Assembly (NCBI GenBank): GCA_963790475.1 | Contig: CAWBOS010000010.1 | Location: 1,504,001 to 1,568,000, forward strand | Origin: an uncultured delta proteobacterium | GTDB lineage: Bacteria; Desulfobacterota; RBG-13-43-22 | DNA: 64,000 nt | Direction of reading: 5' to 3' | In this document: positions 43,462-53,045 of the stretch, in pieces | How the letters are laid out: every line of letters starts with the position of its first letter | Position numbering within the stretch: the stretch's first letter is position 1 | Program-made: the position numbers and the translations under genes | Notes under the pieces: model-generated | Database searches by the model: none | The model's input: the letters and a program-made list of their open reading frames with translations, nothing else | What the model was told of the DNA's origin: nothing

Positions 43462-44202
43462 ATGGACGAAGTCAAGCGGGTCCTTCGATATACACTTCCA
43501 GGTATGGCGAGCCTAAGCCAGCTTTTACTCGCGGTTTATTTTACCAGGAGCCCAGCAATAGAGTTATTGCTTAAAAATCTCGACAGTCACACTGGCCTAA
43601 TTGGTGGGGTTATTGCTGTCTTCATAACATCTGGAGTCGTTGGCTACATCTTAGCAAGTGCATACCACACAGCTTACTGGACAATTTTTTCTTGGTTTTC
43701 GATTGATCACCTGACTATCGTGAGAAACCTCATTTCACTTGATAAAATGGTGGTAACTGACTCCAATGAAAATCCGATACCAAAGAAAAACCTGAACAAA
43801 CGTGACGCATGGAAGATTCTCACATACTACTGGTATGCAAATCTTGAAGAATCGAAAGAACTAAAAGGATTAAACAAGATTACAGACCGTTTGGCCGATT
43901 TTACTCACGCCCATGGAACTTCATTCTTGGGGACGACGCTCGGTCTTTTGGTGTGGTTTTTCTGGTTCTCAGATTTTGCAGTTGGAATATTGTCCTGCCG
44001 AGATTACATGGTATTGGGATACTGGCTAATTCTGCTCATAATCTATGGCACAGGTCATCACTTTAGTAATAAGGCACTTGAGTCTATGGCAAATGCTGCT
44101 GTTCTCTCCCATATGGAAAAGATGGGCAAATTCCCAGTTATTATACCATCTTTCAGTAAAGGAAAGGGGAAACGAGTTAGTTTCCTAAGAGAAAAATGCT
44201 AA
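43462..44202 (+). CDS. Hypothetical multi-pass membrane protein
   Basis: 246 aa, four hydrophobic stretches, AAGGAG RBS. Confidence 0.75.
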   Translation: MDEVKRVLRYTLPGMASLSQLLLAVYFTRSPAIELLLKNLDSHTGLIGGVIAVFITSGVVGYILASAYHTAYWTIFSWFSIDHLTIVRNLISLDKMVVTDSNENPIPKKNLNKRDAWKILTYYWYANLEESKELKGLNKITDRLADFTHAHGTSFLGTTLGLLVWFFWFSDFAVGILSCRDYMVLGYWLILLIIYGTGHHFSNKALESMANAAVLSHMEKMGKFPVIIPSFSKGKGKRVSFLREKC

Positions 44203-44270
44203 ACTTAAGCCTTGAGAGAGACGAGAGTTAGGCTACAGATCCACGCACGCTCCTCAAGCTGGCGATATAT
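44198..44270 (+). other. Degenerate attC-like site
   Basis: GCTAAAC overlapping the stop, CTTGAG...CTCAAG inner inverted repeat, ends CTGGCGATA (GTT to GAT). Confidence 0.5.
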
Positions 44271-44401
44271 TATATTAAGTAAAACATTTTTAAAACGTGA
44301 CACACTTTATCAAGTAAATGCTTTAGGTTAGCGGGCCATCAGATTTTTTCATTTGCGGAGTTATCCGGGTTAGAATTTATTTTGAGCCTTGAGGTTCAGC
44401 A

Positions 44402-45136
44402 TTGAAGCCACAACTTTATCTGCATGACATGCAAAAACGATATTTGAAAAATCAAATTGGCAGATTTGTAGAAATTTATAATCTAAAACTAAAACCTATT
44501 TTTGATAACATTGACAGTGAGGCTGAAGAACACGGAGACAATTTTTTTAAGGGTGTAATGGAAAATTGTTCGGATCCAGATGCAATAGATCCCTCTGACA
44601 TTGCAGATGAGGCAATGGATCGCGTTTATAAGCACTGGGAATTATTAAACCATGGCAAGTATGTCCTTCTGTCATCTTGGCATGTTGCATTGTATGAAGC
44701 CTTTGAACAACAATTACGGAACTACCTGTTTAAGGAACTCAAACATAATTTTAACCTCACAATTAACCATATATTTTCTAAACTCGAAGACATGAAGAAA
44801 CTTCTTTTTCTTTACGGAGTCGATCTCAGTTCTCTTAACGGATTGAAACAAATTGATCATTTACGGTTAGTGTGCAATGTCGTCAAGCATGGCGAAGGTT
44901 CATCTGCCAATGAACTTCGAAAAAAACGCCCGGATCTTATAAAAACTTATGATAAAATCGAATTGCTTGAACTCTATGGCTCAAGTCTGCTTGATGAGGT
45001 TCTTGCAATTAATGAGACAACTTTAATTGAATTCGGGAAAGCTATTGAAGATTTTTGGGACAGTTTTCCGGAGAGTAGTTTTTGTGAAGAACCCGAAAAC
45101 CTATTGAAAATAATAAACAAACAATCCATAAAATAA
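44402..45136 (+). CDS. Hypothetical protein, possible HEPN-like domain
   Basis: YEAFEQQL and LRLVCNVVKHGEG (R/N-x-H type motif), helical pattern. Confidence 0.6.
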   Translation: MKPQLYLHDMQKRYLKNQIGRFVEIYNLKLKPIFDNIDSEAEEHGDNFFKGVMENCSDPDAIDPSDIADEAMDRVYKHWELLNHGKYVLLSSWHVALYEAFEQQLRNYLFKELKHNFNLTINHIFSKLEDMKKLLFLYGVDLSSLNGLKQIDHLRLVCNVVKHGEGSSANELRKKRPDLIKTYDKIELLELYGSSLLDEVLAINETTLIEFGKAIEDFWDSFPESSFCEEPENLLKIINKQSIK

Positions 45137-45176
45137 CATAAAAAATCACTTTTAAGAACGCGAAATAGCCGCAAAG

Positions 45177-45248
45177 ATGCCCAATAAACTGGTGCACCGG
45201 TTAGGCGGGAAAGAACACCCGCCGCATAGTTCGCTCTTTGTTGGGCAT
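45177..45248 (+). other. attC-like site
   Basis: ATGCCCAAT...GTTGGGCAT ends (RYYYAAC with one mismatch; GTTRRRY perfect), inner GGCGGG/CCCGCC stem. Confidence 0.6.
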
Positions 45249-45277
45249 AAAGATCAATTTCATCAAGGGAACGCAAA

Positions 45278-46222
45278 ATGGATGATTTAGGAATAGAGGG
45301 ACGCAGACTCGCAATTGAGATCATAGCAACACTGGTTCACATCAAGTCTACGATGGTAGAACTCATTCTGAAGCCTGCTGGAATTTCTTCCGGCATTTAT
45401 GGCCCACTTCTTCACAAACATGATGAATCGACTGGCCGCGTATTATCAAAAAGGCAAATCGCCCCGCTCATCCTTGACGCGGTCACGCAATCTGGCAGTA
45501 TTGATTCGTCGATTCGGAGGATTATTGAAATCGCTGCACACTGGTCAAGCTTCCACCTGGCAGACGATGAATATGCGGCAAGAGCGACTGTTCAAAAGGC
45601 AAGAGAGTTGCTTGGCACTATTGAGATAATGGAGGCTCGTGAGGCAAAACAACGGGAATTGGTCCTCAAGGAAGAACTGGCACGCATGGAACATGAACGT
45701 GCGGAGTTAATACAAAAGAACTCAGACCTATTATTGATGATGTTTGACGATCTTGCTATCTCAAATGATCCACATCGGCGGGGTTATTTGTTGCAAGAAT
45801 TATTAAACAGATTATTTGACTTATATCAACTTCCGGTCACAAAATCATTCACTCGAAACGAAGGGGGAGAACAGATTGACGGTGCATTCCGGATGGAGGG
45901 GTGGCATTACCTCGTCGAATGTCGATGGCGGGAGAAGCTCGATGATATTCGTAATTTGGATGGATTACAAGGCCAGGTAGGTCGTTCAGGAAAACAGGTG
46001 ATGGGCTTATATTTGTCCATCAATGGATGGTCCAACAATGTGCCCAATTTACTGAAGCAAAACCCTGATAAGAATATCGTCTTAATGGATGGCTATGATC
46101 TTCGGACAATCTTATCATGCCAGGCAAATCTTCAAAAATTTCTTTTGGCAAAGGTTACACATTTGAACCTGAAAAGTGAACCATTCCTCTCTGCAAGGAT
46201 CTTCTTGGATAAACTTAACTAA
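45278..46222 (+). CDS. Mrr-like PD-(D/E)XK restriction endonuclease domain protein
   Basis: RGYLLQELL, EQIDGAF, YLVECRW, GLYLSINGW, LMDGYDL. Confidence 0.8.
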   Translation: MDDLGIEGRRLAIEIIATLVHIKSTMVELILKPAGISSGIYGPLLHKHDESTGRVLSKRQIAPLILDAVTQSGSIDSSIRRIIEIAAHWSSFHLADDEYAARATVQKARELLGTIEIMEAREAKQRELVLKEELARMEHERAELIQKNSDLLLMMFDDLAISNDPHRRGYLLQELLNRLFDLYQLPVTKSFTRNEGGEQIDGAFRMEGWHYLVECRWREKLDDIRNLDGLQGQVGRSGKQVMGLYLSINGWSNNVPNLLKQNPDKNIVLMDGYDLRTILSCQANLQKFLLAKVTHLNLKSEPFLSARIFLDKLN

Positions 46223-46529
46223 CCTTAATGAGAACCCATGATTCATAACGTCCCAACATCGATTCACGGCTATCCCTATCCTTGACCTTTTCCTTATTAT
46301 TTTCATTCCTCAGTGGGGACGGTGTTCCCCTTCCCTACCTCCTACTGGTGGTTCCCGATGTGGGCTTCAAATTGGAAGTAACTCGGTGTCTTCCCCCGGC
46401 AGTCTGTGGGAAAGGGTCATGATATTTTTGGACTTGTGCATATTTCCCATTTTATTGAATATTCAGAAATTTTCTGATATTATCCAGAAAACTGTTCAAT
46501 AATTCATCATCTGTGGAGCGACAAGAAGA

Positions 46530-47303
46530 ATGACTCGGGGCAGCCGAAAGCACATCCTTGATTGGACATCAACCCCAGACTTCCCTAAGGAGTTCATCGA
46601 ACTCATCGGCTTGAGCGACTGTAGACTCTCTCGTTCCATGGTTTGGCAGCCTAAAGGTTATATCGAGCCGGAAGAGGCCTGTCTGGAGGACTGTGGAGAC
46701 CGGTTCATTCCGGGAACAAACTGCTGGAAAGAATTGGCTGCATGGTGGCTGGTCCACCGTGGTGGAGCAAATAAGCCCAACTGGGATCTTGTGGTGGCCT
46801 GTGACATTGCGGGGAAGCCTGGCCTTGCACTGGTCGAAGCCAAGGCCCACGAACGTGAGTTGGACTGGGCCGGAAAGCGGCATCGCTCTGGTATCTCGAC
46901 AAATTCAGACGATAACCACGAACAGATAGGGAAGGCAATTGCTGAAGCCTCTCTTGCACTGAGCAAGATTGTGCCTGGCGTGAACATCTCGCGAGACTCG
47001 CACTACCAGCTTGCAAACCGGCTCGCGTACAGTTGGAAGATAGCCTCTATGGGTATTCCTGTAATTCTGGTCACCCTTGGGTTTACTGGCGATGAAGGCA
47101 TTAAGGACGTTGGAATTCCTTTGCGGGACCATATCCACTGGGAAGCGGTCATGCGTACCTATACAGAGGGGATACTTCCTGAAGGGTTTGTTGACCGCCC
47201 TTTGAATTGTGGCAAATCCTATATGCGAATGCTGGTAAGGTCCAGGCCGGTATTGGAGCAAAGTGAACCGCGAAGACAGGGTAATTACCGGATGCACCCA
47301 TAG
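46530..47303 (+). CDS. Hypothetical protein with PD-(D/E)XK-like motif
   Basis: PNWDLV...LVEAKAH, YQLANR. Confidence 0.65.
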   Translation: MTRGSRKHILDWTSTPDFPKEFIELIGLSDCRLSRSMVWQPKGYIEPEEACLEDCGDRFIPGTNCWKELAAWWLVHRGGANKPNWDLVVACDIAGKPGLALVEAKAHERELDWAGKRHRSGISTNSDDNHEQIGKAIAEASLALSKIVPGVNISRDSHYQLANRLAYSWKIASMGIPVILVTLGFTGDEGIKDVGIPLRDHIHWEAVMRTYTEGILPEGFVDRPLNCGKSYMRMLVRSRPVLEQSEPRRQGNYRMHP

Positions 47304-47352
47304 CCCAAAACTCGGGCTTTGGGTAAAAGTCCTAATATGAGACAATGAAGAC

Positions 47353-47916
47353 ATGGATATTCAAGAAAGAATACTGAGAGTATACATGGAGGATGGGATC
47401 AAGCAGGAGTTCAATCAGACACTTTCGTCCCGAGTCGAACGCTACTTGAAGGTAAAGCCTCATGGAATAGTCCCTCTCACGGAATTTGCACCAGTTTCGG
47501 CTGAATGCACCCTTCTGTTCCGAGATGGCCACTTCTATGGCTCTATTGCTCTGTCTCAGGCTGTTGCTGAGGCTCTTGCCAAATTCCTTTGCCAAAAGAA
47601 CGGCTGGAAACCAAAAAGGAATTTTGAAGAAAACATCGCAAAACTGCGAACCAGACAATTCATATCGGAGGGCATGAAAGACAAGTTTCTTAGGATATGG
47701 GAAAAGAGAGACGATTACCACCATCTAAATCCAACAATAGAGACGGATCGAGAGAAGCTTGAGGCTCTTGCTTATGAGAAAGTCTTACTCCTGAAAGAAA
47801 TCGAATCGGAAATCTTTAAATTTTCGGTTGTTGAGGGAAAATTATTACCCGCGAACAGGAAGTATTGGGTGCTGCAACAAAACGGAACAGTTCCAGTTTT
47901 TCTGAAGTTGGAATAA
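47353..47916 (+). CDS. Hypothetical protein, HEPN/DUF4145-like
   Basis: SIALSQAVAEAL helix and RDDYHH (Rx4H) motif. Confidence 0.65.
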   Translation: MDIQERILRVYMEDGIKQEFNQTLSSRVERYLKVKPHGIVPLTEFAPVSAECTLLFRDGHFYGSIALSQAVAEALAKFLCQKNGWKPKRNFEENIAKLRTRQFISEGMKDKFLRIWEKRDDYHHLNPTIETDREKLEALAYEKVLLLKEIESEIFKFSVVEGKLLPANRKYWVLQQNGTVPVFLKLE

Positions 47917-48171
47917 ATCGGCTAATAACCAACTGCTGCCCCATACCGGCCGGTTAACCGGCTCTTGAAAGAATCAGGATTTTAGACTAAAGGAAAGACG
48001 CATTTTCATTGAATGTCCTTTGCCAGGTTTGACCCAAATACTGACTATATGGATTGATCACCTCTCCAAGTCAGATTATTTTCGGGTCATCGATGAGGAG
48101 CACCAGAAATGAAGACTCTGGGAAAGGCATAGGCTAATGAACGTATTGTACCGGAAGAAAGGAAGGCCAAA

Positions 48172-49128
48172 ATGCCAAATGATTGCCCGGTTTGTCAGTC
48201 GGCATTAACTGTTGTTGACCAACTTAGTGGGAGAGATGCAGCCTTTTTCTCCTGTCCACTCTGTGGAGAATTTGTTCTTTCTGGGACCCTATTCACTATT
48301 CTTCCCCATATCCTTCAAGATAACAAGGACGCAAGTGCCAAAATAAGTCATGCGATTAGAACTATGCAAAACATAAACAAAGGAGCAGAACTGGACACAG
48401 ATACAGTAAATGAAATTTTAAAGCGACCTTTGCCAACAATTCGTGAGCAGGCAGATCTTCTCATTCGTTGGATCGCTGAAAATGTCGAAGGTCCTGGCGA
48501 GACTATTCTGGTTGAACCGGAAAAGCACCGTTCAATTGTTGGTGCTAAATCAGATGAAGGTTTTGGTCTTATCCTTCGATACCTTTTCGATGCTGGTCTT
48601 GTTGAAGGAAACCTTATCGATGCAATGAGTGCCCCAGGTAGAGGCCTGGTAACGCTTTCATTTAAAGGCTGGGATTACTATGAGCAGTTACGTAGGGGAT
48701 CAAAGAGTTATCGAAAGGCTTTCATAGCGATGAAATTTGGAGACCCGATACTTGACACGATTATGTCTGAAATTTTTAAGCCATGTGTTAAGGATGCCGG
48801 GTTTGAACTCTGTCGTTTGGATGATACCCCCAAAGCTGGCCTCATTGACGACAGATTGCGTGTGGAGATCCAATCTTCCGACTTCTTAATTGCAGATTTA
48901 ACACACGAAAATCCAGGGGCTTATTGGGAGGCAGGATATGCCGAAGGGTTGGGAAAACCGGTGATTTACACTTGTGAAAAAGGAAAATTCGAGAAGGACA
49001 AGACCCATTTTGACACAAATCATCATCTCACAATTATATGGGATAAGGACACCCCGGAGAAAGCAGGAGAAAATTTAAAGGCTACTATTCGTGCAACATT
49101 GCCTCATTTAGCTAAACAGGAAGATTAA
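48172..49128 (+). CDS. Zinc-ribbon + nucleoside 2-deoxyribosyltransferase/TIR-like domain protein
   Basis: CPVC...CPLC; AFIAMKF, IADLTHENPGAYWEAGYAEG, HFDTNH. Confidence 0.78.
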   Translation: MPNDCPVCQSALTVVDQLSGRDAAFFSCPLCGEFVLSGTLFTILPHILQDNKDASAKISHAIRTMQNINKGAELDTDTVNEILKRPLPTIREQADLLIRWIAENVEGPGETILVEPEKHRSIVGAKSDEGFGLILRYLFDAGLVEGNLIDAMSAPGRGLVTLSFKGWDYYEQLRRGSKSYRKAFIAMKFGDPILDTIMSEIFKPCVKDAGFELCRLDDTPKAGLIDDRLRVEIQSSDFLIADLTHENPGAYWEAGYAEGLGKPVIYTCEKGKFEKDKTHFDTNHHLTIIWDKDTPEKAGENLKATIRATLPHLAKQED

Positions 49129-49212
49129 AGACCACCCACGGTACTACCCTAATTACGAGCCCTACCCAAAATGATCGAGACGGTTCCCCCGGTTAGGAAT
49201 AGACCAGGGGTA

Positions 49213-49330
49213 GTGTCAACCCTGTCAAGGTGTCAACCCTATTCTATACCTGATTATATAGAATAAAATGATAATAAGATAATTAGAGTAAGAGATAGAA
49301 ACTGCCTTGACACCTTGACACCCTTGACGC
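49213..49330. repeat. Inverted iteron-like array around an AT-rich spacer
   Basis: TGTCAA x3, AT-rich gap, TTGAC(A/G) x3. Confidence 0.65.
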
Positions 49331-49681
49331 GAACATTCGTAAAAAAAATTGGTCGAAGGATGCGGGCATCCCTAAATGCCATTGAATCAACCACTTATAC
49401 ACCGTTACGACCGTCTCTGCTCCTATGTCAGCCCGGAATCATGCTTAACATGCGTTAATGCTTGCCTGGAATTCGGTTCACCCTGAGACCATGCTCGTAA
49501 GATGTCATTTCCACACTTTAATACCGGTTAATGGGGGGCTCCGGCCCTCTTTGACCCCCGGATATGTGCATCCACATCCGCTAATAACTTTTGCTTTCAA
49601 GGTTGACTTTAACTGTTTGTTATGGTTTAAATTATCCAATCTAATTTTCTCTCCTTTTCCGCTTAACCAACAAACAGGGGA

Positions 49682-52600
49682 ATGATGGAAGAAATTAAGC
49701 CAGGGACTATCCTTAAAGGCCCGAATTGGCCGGAACCGGTCGAGATCAAGCTCTTCGAGGACTTTGGAGAGTATGTCCATATTGTCGGGGCCACGACCCT
49801 TTCCTCAACTTATATAGACCAGATCATCCCGAGAAATGAATTCCCCTTCCCCCCTCCCTCTACCGAACCAGACCTTTTTAACGAAGAACCATGGAAAGTC
49901 TTCTTGGCCCTGGAAGCCCGGCGTTATCGTTTCGCCTCCATCTACGACCCCCTCCTGGCTATGAATACTTCCAAGGTAGATCCCCTCCCGCATCAAATCG
50001 AAGCGGTTTATGGGTACGTCCTTCAACTGCCCCGCATTCGGTTTCTGATTGCAGACGACCCTGGAGCGGGCAAAACGATTATGGCTGGACTGATAATTAA
50101 GGAACTTAAACTCCGTAACCTGATAAGCCGTATCCTGATTATTTCTCCAGGCCACCTCAAAGACCAATGGCGACGAGAACTGGCTGATCGCTTCGAGGAA
50201 AAGTTCATTCCCATCGACCGGGGCCTCTTGGATGCCTTTTACGCTGAAAACGTCTGGTCCCGAGAAAATCAGATCATCGCTTCAATGGATTTTGTCAAAC
50301 AGGAAACCGTCCTCCCTTCCATCATCTCTGCCACCCATTTTGACTTGATCATCATCGACGAAGCACACAAATTGAGTGCCTACCGATATGGGGACAAAAC
50401 CGAGCGGACTGGTCGTTATAAGATGGGAGAGGCCTTGTCCCGTATCACCGAACACCTCCTCTTTTTGACTGCTACCCCCCATAAAGGAGATCCGGAGAAC
50501 TTCCGCCTTTTTCTGGATCTCTTGGAGCCAGGCTTTTTTGCCACCAATGAAATGCTTCAGGAGTCCATCGCCAACAAGGATAATCCCTTGTTTATCCGGC
50601 GAGTCAAAGAAGACTTAAAAGATTTCGAGGGTCGCCCCTTGTTTTTGCCACGCTCGGTTAAAACCATTTCCTTTAACCTTGGCTCGGGATCCCCTGCCGA
50701 AAAAGACCTTTACAATGCCCTTTCTAAGTATGTAAATTTCCAGTACAACAAGGCCCTAAGTAAAGACAAGAAACGCAATATCGCTTTTGCCCTGGTCATC
50801 CTGCAACGCCGCTTGGCCTCCAGCACCTTTGCCCTTTTCCGATCCCTGGAACGCCGAAAAAAACGACTGGAGGAGTTGCTCAAAGGAGTCCAAAACAAAA
50901 ATAAAGTCCAGGAAGAAGGCTTTGATTTCGAAACGGTGGAAGACCTGAGTGAGGAAGAACGCTGGAAGGAAGAAGAGATCTGGGAAACCTTGAGCGTAGC
51001 AGAAAACCGGGAGGAACTGGAAAGGGAAATCAAGACCATTAACGACCTGATGTCCCAGGCCAAGGACATTATCCAGGAGGAGTCTGAGATCAAGCTGCGA
51101 GAGCTTAAAAAGACCCTCCAACAGCTATATCAAATCTACCCCGATCCCAAAGACAAAAAGATCCTCATTTTCACCGAGTCGAGGGACACCCTTGATTATC
51201 TGAACAAAAAGATCAGGGAATGGGGTTACACCTCCAATATGATCCATGGCGGCATGAAATTGGAAGACAGGGTCAAGGCCGAAAGCATTTTCAAAAACGA
51301 AACGGAAATTCTGGTGGCCACCGAGGCTGCTGGTGAGGGCATCAACCTTCAGTTCTGCCACTTAATGATCAATTATGACATCCCCTGGAATCCAAACCGT
51401 CTTGAACAACGAATGGGACGAATACATCGCTATGGTCAACAAAAGGAGGTATCGGTTTTTAACCTGGTAGCCGAAGATACTCGGGAAGGTAAGGTCCTCC
51501 ACTGCCTTTTCGAAAAACTGGATGAAATCAGGAAGGCTATGGGCAGCGATAAAGTTTTTGATGTCCTGAGCGAGGTCCTCTACGACAAGAGTCTCTCCCA
51601 GCTTCTCATGGAGGCCGCCGCCAATGCCCGCAACATAGATGAAATCCTGAAAGACATGGATATAGAAGTCGATGAAAGTTATATCGCCAGAGTGAAGGAA
51701 AACCTGGGTGAGACCCTCGCCACTCATTATATAGATTACACCAGGATCAAGGAAATGGCCGAACAAGCCCGAGAGTATCGCCTGATCCCGGAATATACCG
51801 AAGCCTTCTTTAAAAAAGCCTATATCAAAGCCGGGGGTAAAATCAAAGAGGTGAAGCCGAATTTCCTGTCAATCGAGGCCGTTCCTCCCGATCTCCGCCG
51901 GATTGCTGAACAGGAAAAGTTCAAAAAGTTTCATGGTGACTTGATCCGCAGGTATCCCAAGGCCACCTTCGATAAGGAGCAGGCCTTCAGGAACCCCGAT
52001 CTGGAATTCATATCTTTTGGCCATCCCTTGTTTGAAGCGGTTCTCTCCTGGATCGAGATCAGCTTCTCTGATGCCCTATTTAAAGGAGCGTTATTTACCG
52101 ATCCCGAGGGCCGGATGAACGGTTATCTGCTTTTCTACGAGGGAGAAATTAAAGACGGAACTGGGCACGTAGCCGGGAAAAGGCTTTTTGCTTTTTATAT
52201 GGAATCCGGAGGGGTCCGACCGGTTTCCCCGGCCATCATTTGGGACTTGGCCGAAGGCGGAATCACCTCAGGGAAGACCGAAAATTTAGAAAGCCTGAAA
52301 AAAAATGTCACTCCCCAGGCCATCCAGAAACTTAAGGAATACCGGGAGGAGTTGCTGAAGGAAAGGGAACGACAGGCCAACATAAAACAAAAATACGGTA
52401 TCAGATCCCTGGAATATCTGATTGTCCGACTGGATGGAGAACTAATCCAACTTTACGACCGAAAAAATCTGGGGGAACCTGTTGAACTTCCCATTCACAA
52501 CAAGGAAGAACGGAAGGCAAAATATGAAAAGGCCCTGGAGGAACTAAGGGAAAATATCGAAAAAGAACGCAGCCTGACCATGACCATGCCCCGGTTTATC

Positions 52601-53038
52601 GGAATGATCCGGGTTGTCCCCAGTGACAGGGTCGAAGAGGCAATGAAGTCCGATCCGGAGATTGAGCGGATCGGGATGGAAACGGCCATGGAGTATGAAA
52701 AAGATCAAGGTAGGGAACCCCAGGACGTATCCGCTGAAAATCTTGGTTTTGATATCAGGTCCTTCGGGCTCGGACAAAAAACCCGTTATATTGAGGTGAA
52801 GGCCAGGTCGTATTTAGGACCTGTAGCCTTGACCCCTAATGAATGGTTTAAGGCCAGACGCTTCGGGGAGGATTATTACCTGTATGCCGTGATGAATGCC
52901 GCACCCAACCCAGAGCTTTATATCATCCCTAACCCGGCCCTCACCCTCCAAGCGGAGGAAAGAATCGAAGTGGTTCGTTACATCATTCCTTTTAATGAAT
53001 TAATAGAAAAAGGACACAAATTAAATATTGAAAGCTAA
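49682..53038 (+). CDS. SNF2-family helicase with C-terminal DUF3883 (PD-(D/E)XK) domain
   Basis: LIADDPGAGKT, IIDEAHK, LTATPH, GEGINLQ, EQRMGRIHRYGQ; GFDIRS...IEVKAR. Confidence 0.93.
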   Translation: MMEEIKPGTILKGPNWPEPVEIKLFEDFGEYVHIVGATTLSSTYIDQIIPRNEFPFPPPSTEPDLFNEEPWKVFLALEARRYRFASIYDPLLAMNTSKVDPLPHQIEAVYGYVLQLPRIRFLIADDPGAGKTIMAGLIIKELKLRNLISRILIISPGHLKDQWRRELADRFEEKFIPIDRGLLDAFYAENVWSRENQIIASMDFVKQETVLPSIISATHFDLIIIDEAHKLSAYRYGDKTERTGRYKMGEALSRITEHLLFLTATPHKGDPENFRLFLDLLEPGFFATNEMLQESIANKDNPLFIRRVKEDLKDFEGRPLFLPRSVKTISFNLGSGSPAEKDLYNALSKYVNFQYNKALSKDKKRNIAFALVILQRRLASSTFALFRSLERRKKRLEELLKGVQNKNKVQEEGFDFETVEDLSEEERWKEEEIWETLSVAENREELEREIKTINDLMSQAKDIIQEESEIKLRELKKTLQQLYQIYPDPKDKKILIFTESRDTLDYLNKKIREWGYTSNMIHGGMKLEDRVKAESIFKNETEILVATEAAGEGINLQFCHLMINYDIPWNPNRLEQRMGRIHRYGQQKEVSVFNLVAEDTREGKVLHCLFEKLDEIRKAMGSDKVFDVLSEVLYDKSLSQLLMEAAANARNIDEILKDMDIEVDESYIARVKENLGETLATHYIDYTRIKEMAEQAREYRLIPEYTEAFFKKAYIKAGGKIKEVKPNFLSIEAVPPDLRRIAEQEKFKKFHGDLIRRYPKATFDKEQAFRNPDLEFISFGHPLFEAVLSWIEISFSDALFKGALFTDPEGRMNGYLLFYEGEIKDGTGHVAGKRLFAFYMESGGVRPVSPAIIWDLAEGGITSGKTENLESLKKNVTPQAIQKLKEYREELLKERERQANIKQKYGIRSLEYLIVRLDGELIQLYDRKNLGEPVELPIHNKEERKAKYEKALEELRENIEKERSLTMTMPRFIGMIRVVPSDRVEEAMKSDPEIERIGMETAMEYEKDQGREPQDVSAENLGFDIRSFGLGQKTRYIEVKARSYLGPVALTPNEWFKARRFGEDYYLYAVMNAAPNPELYIIPNPALTLQAEERIEVVRYIIPFNELIEKGHKLNIES

Positions 53039-53045
53039 CTTGGAT

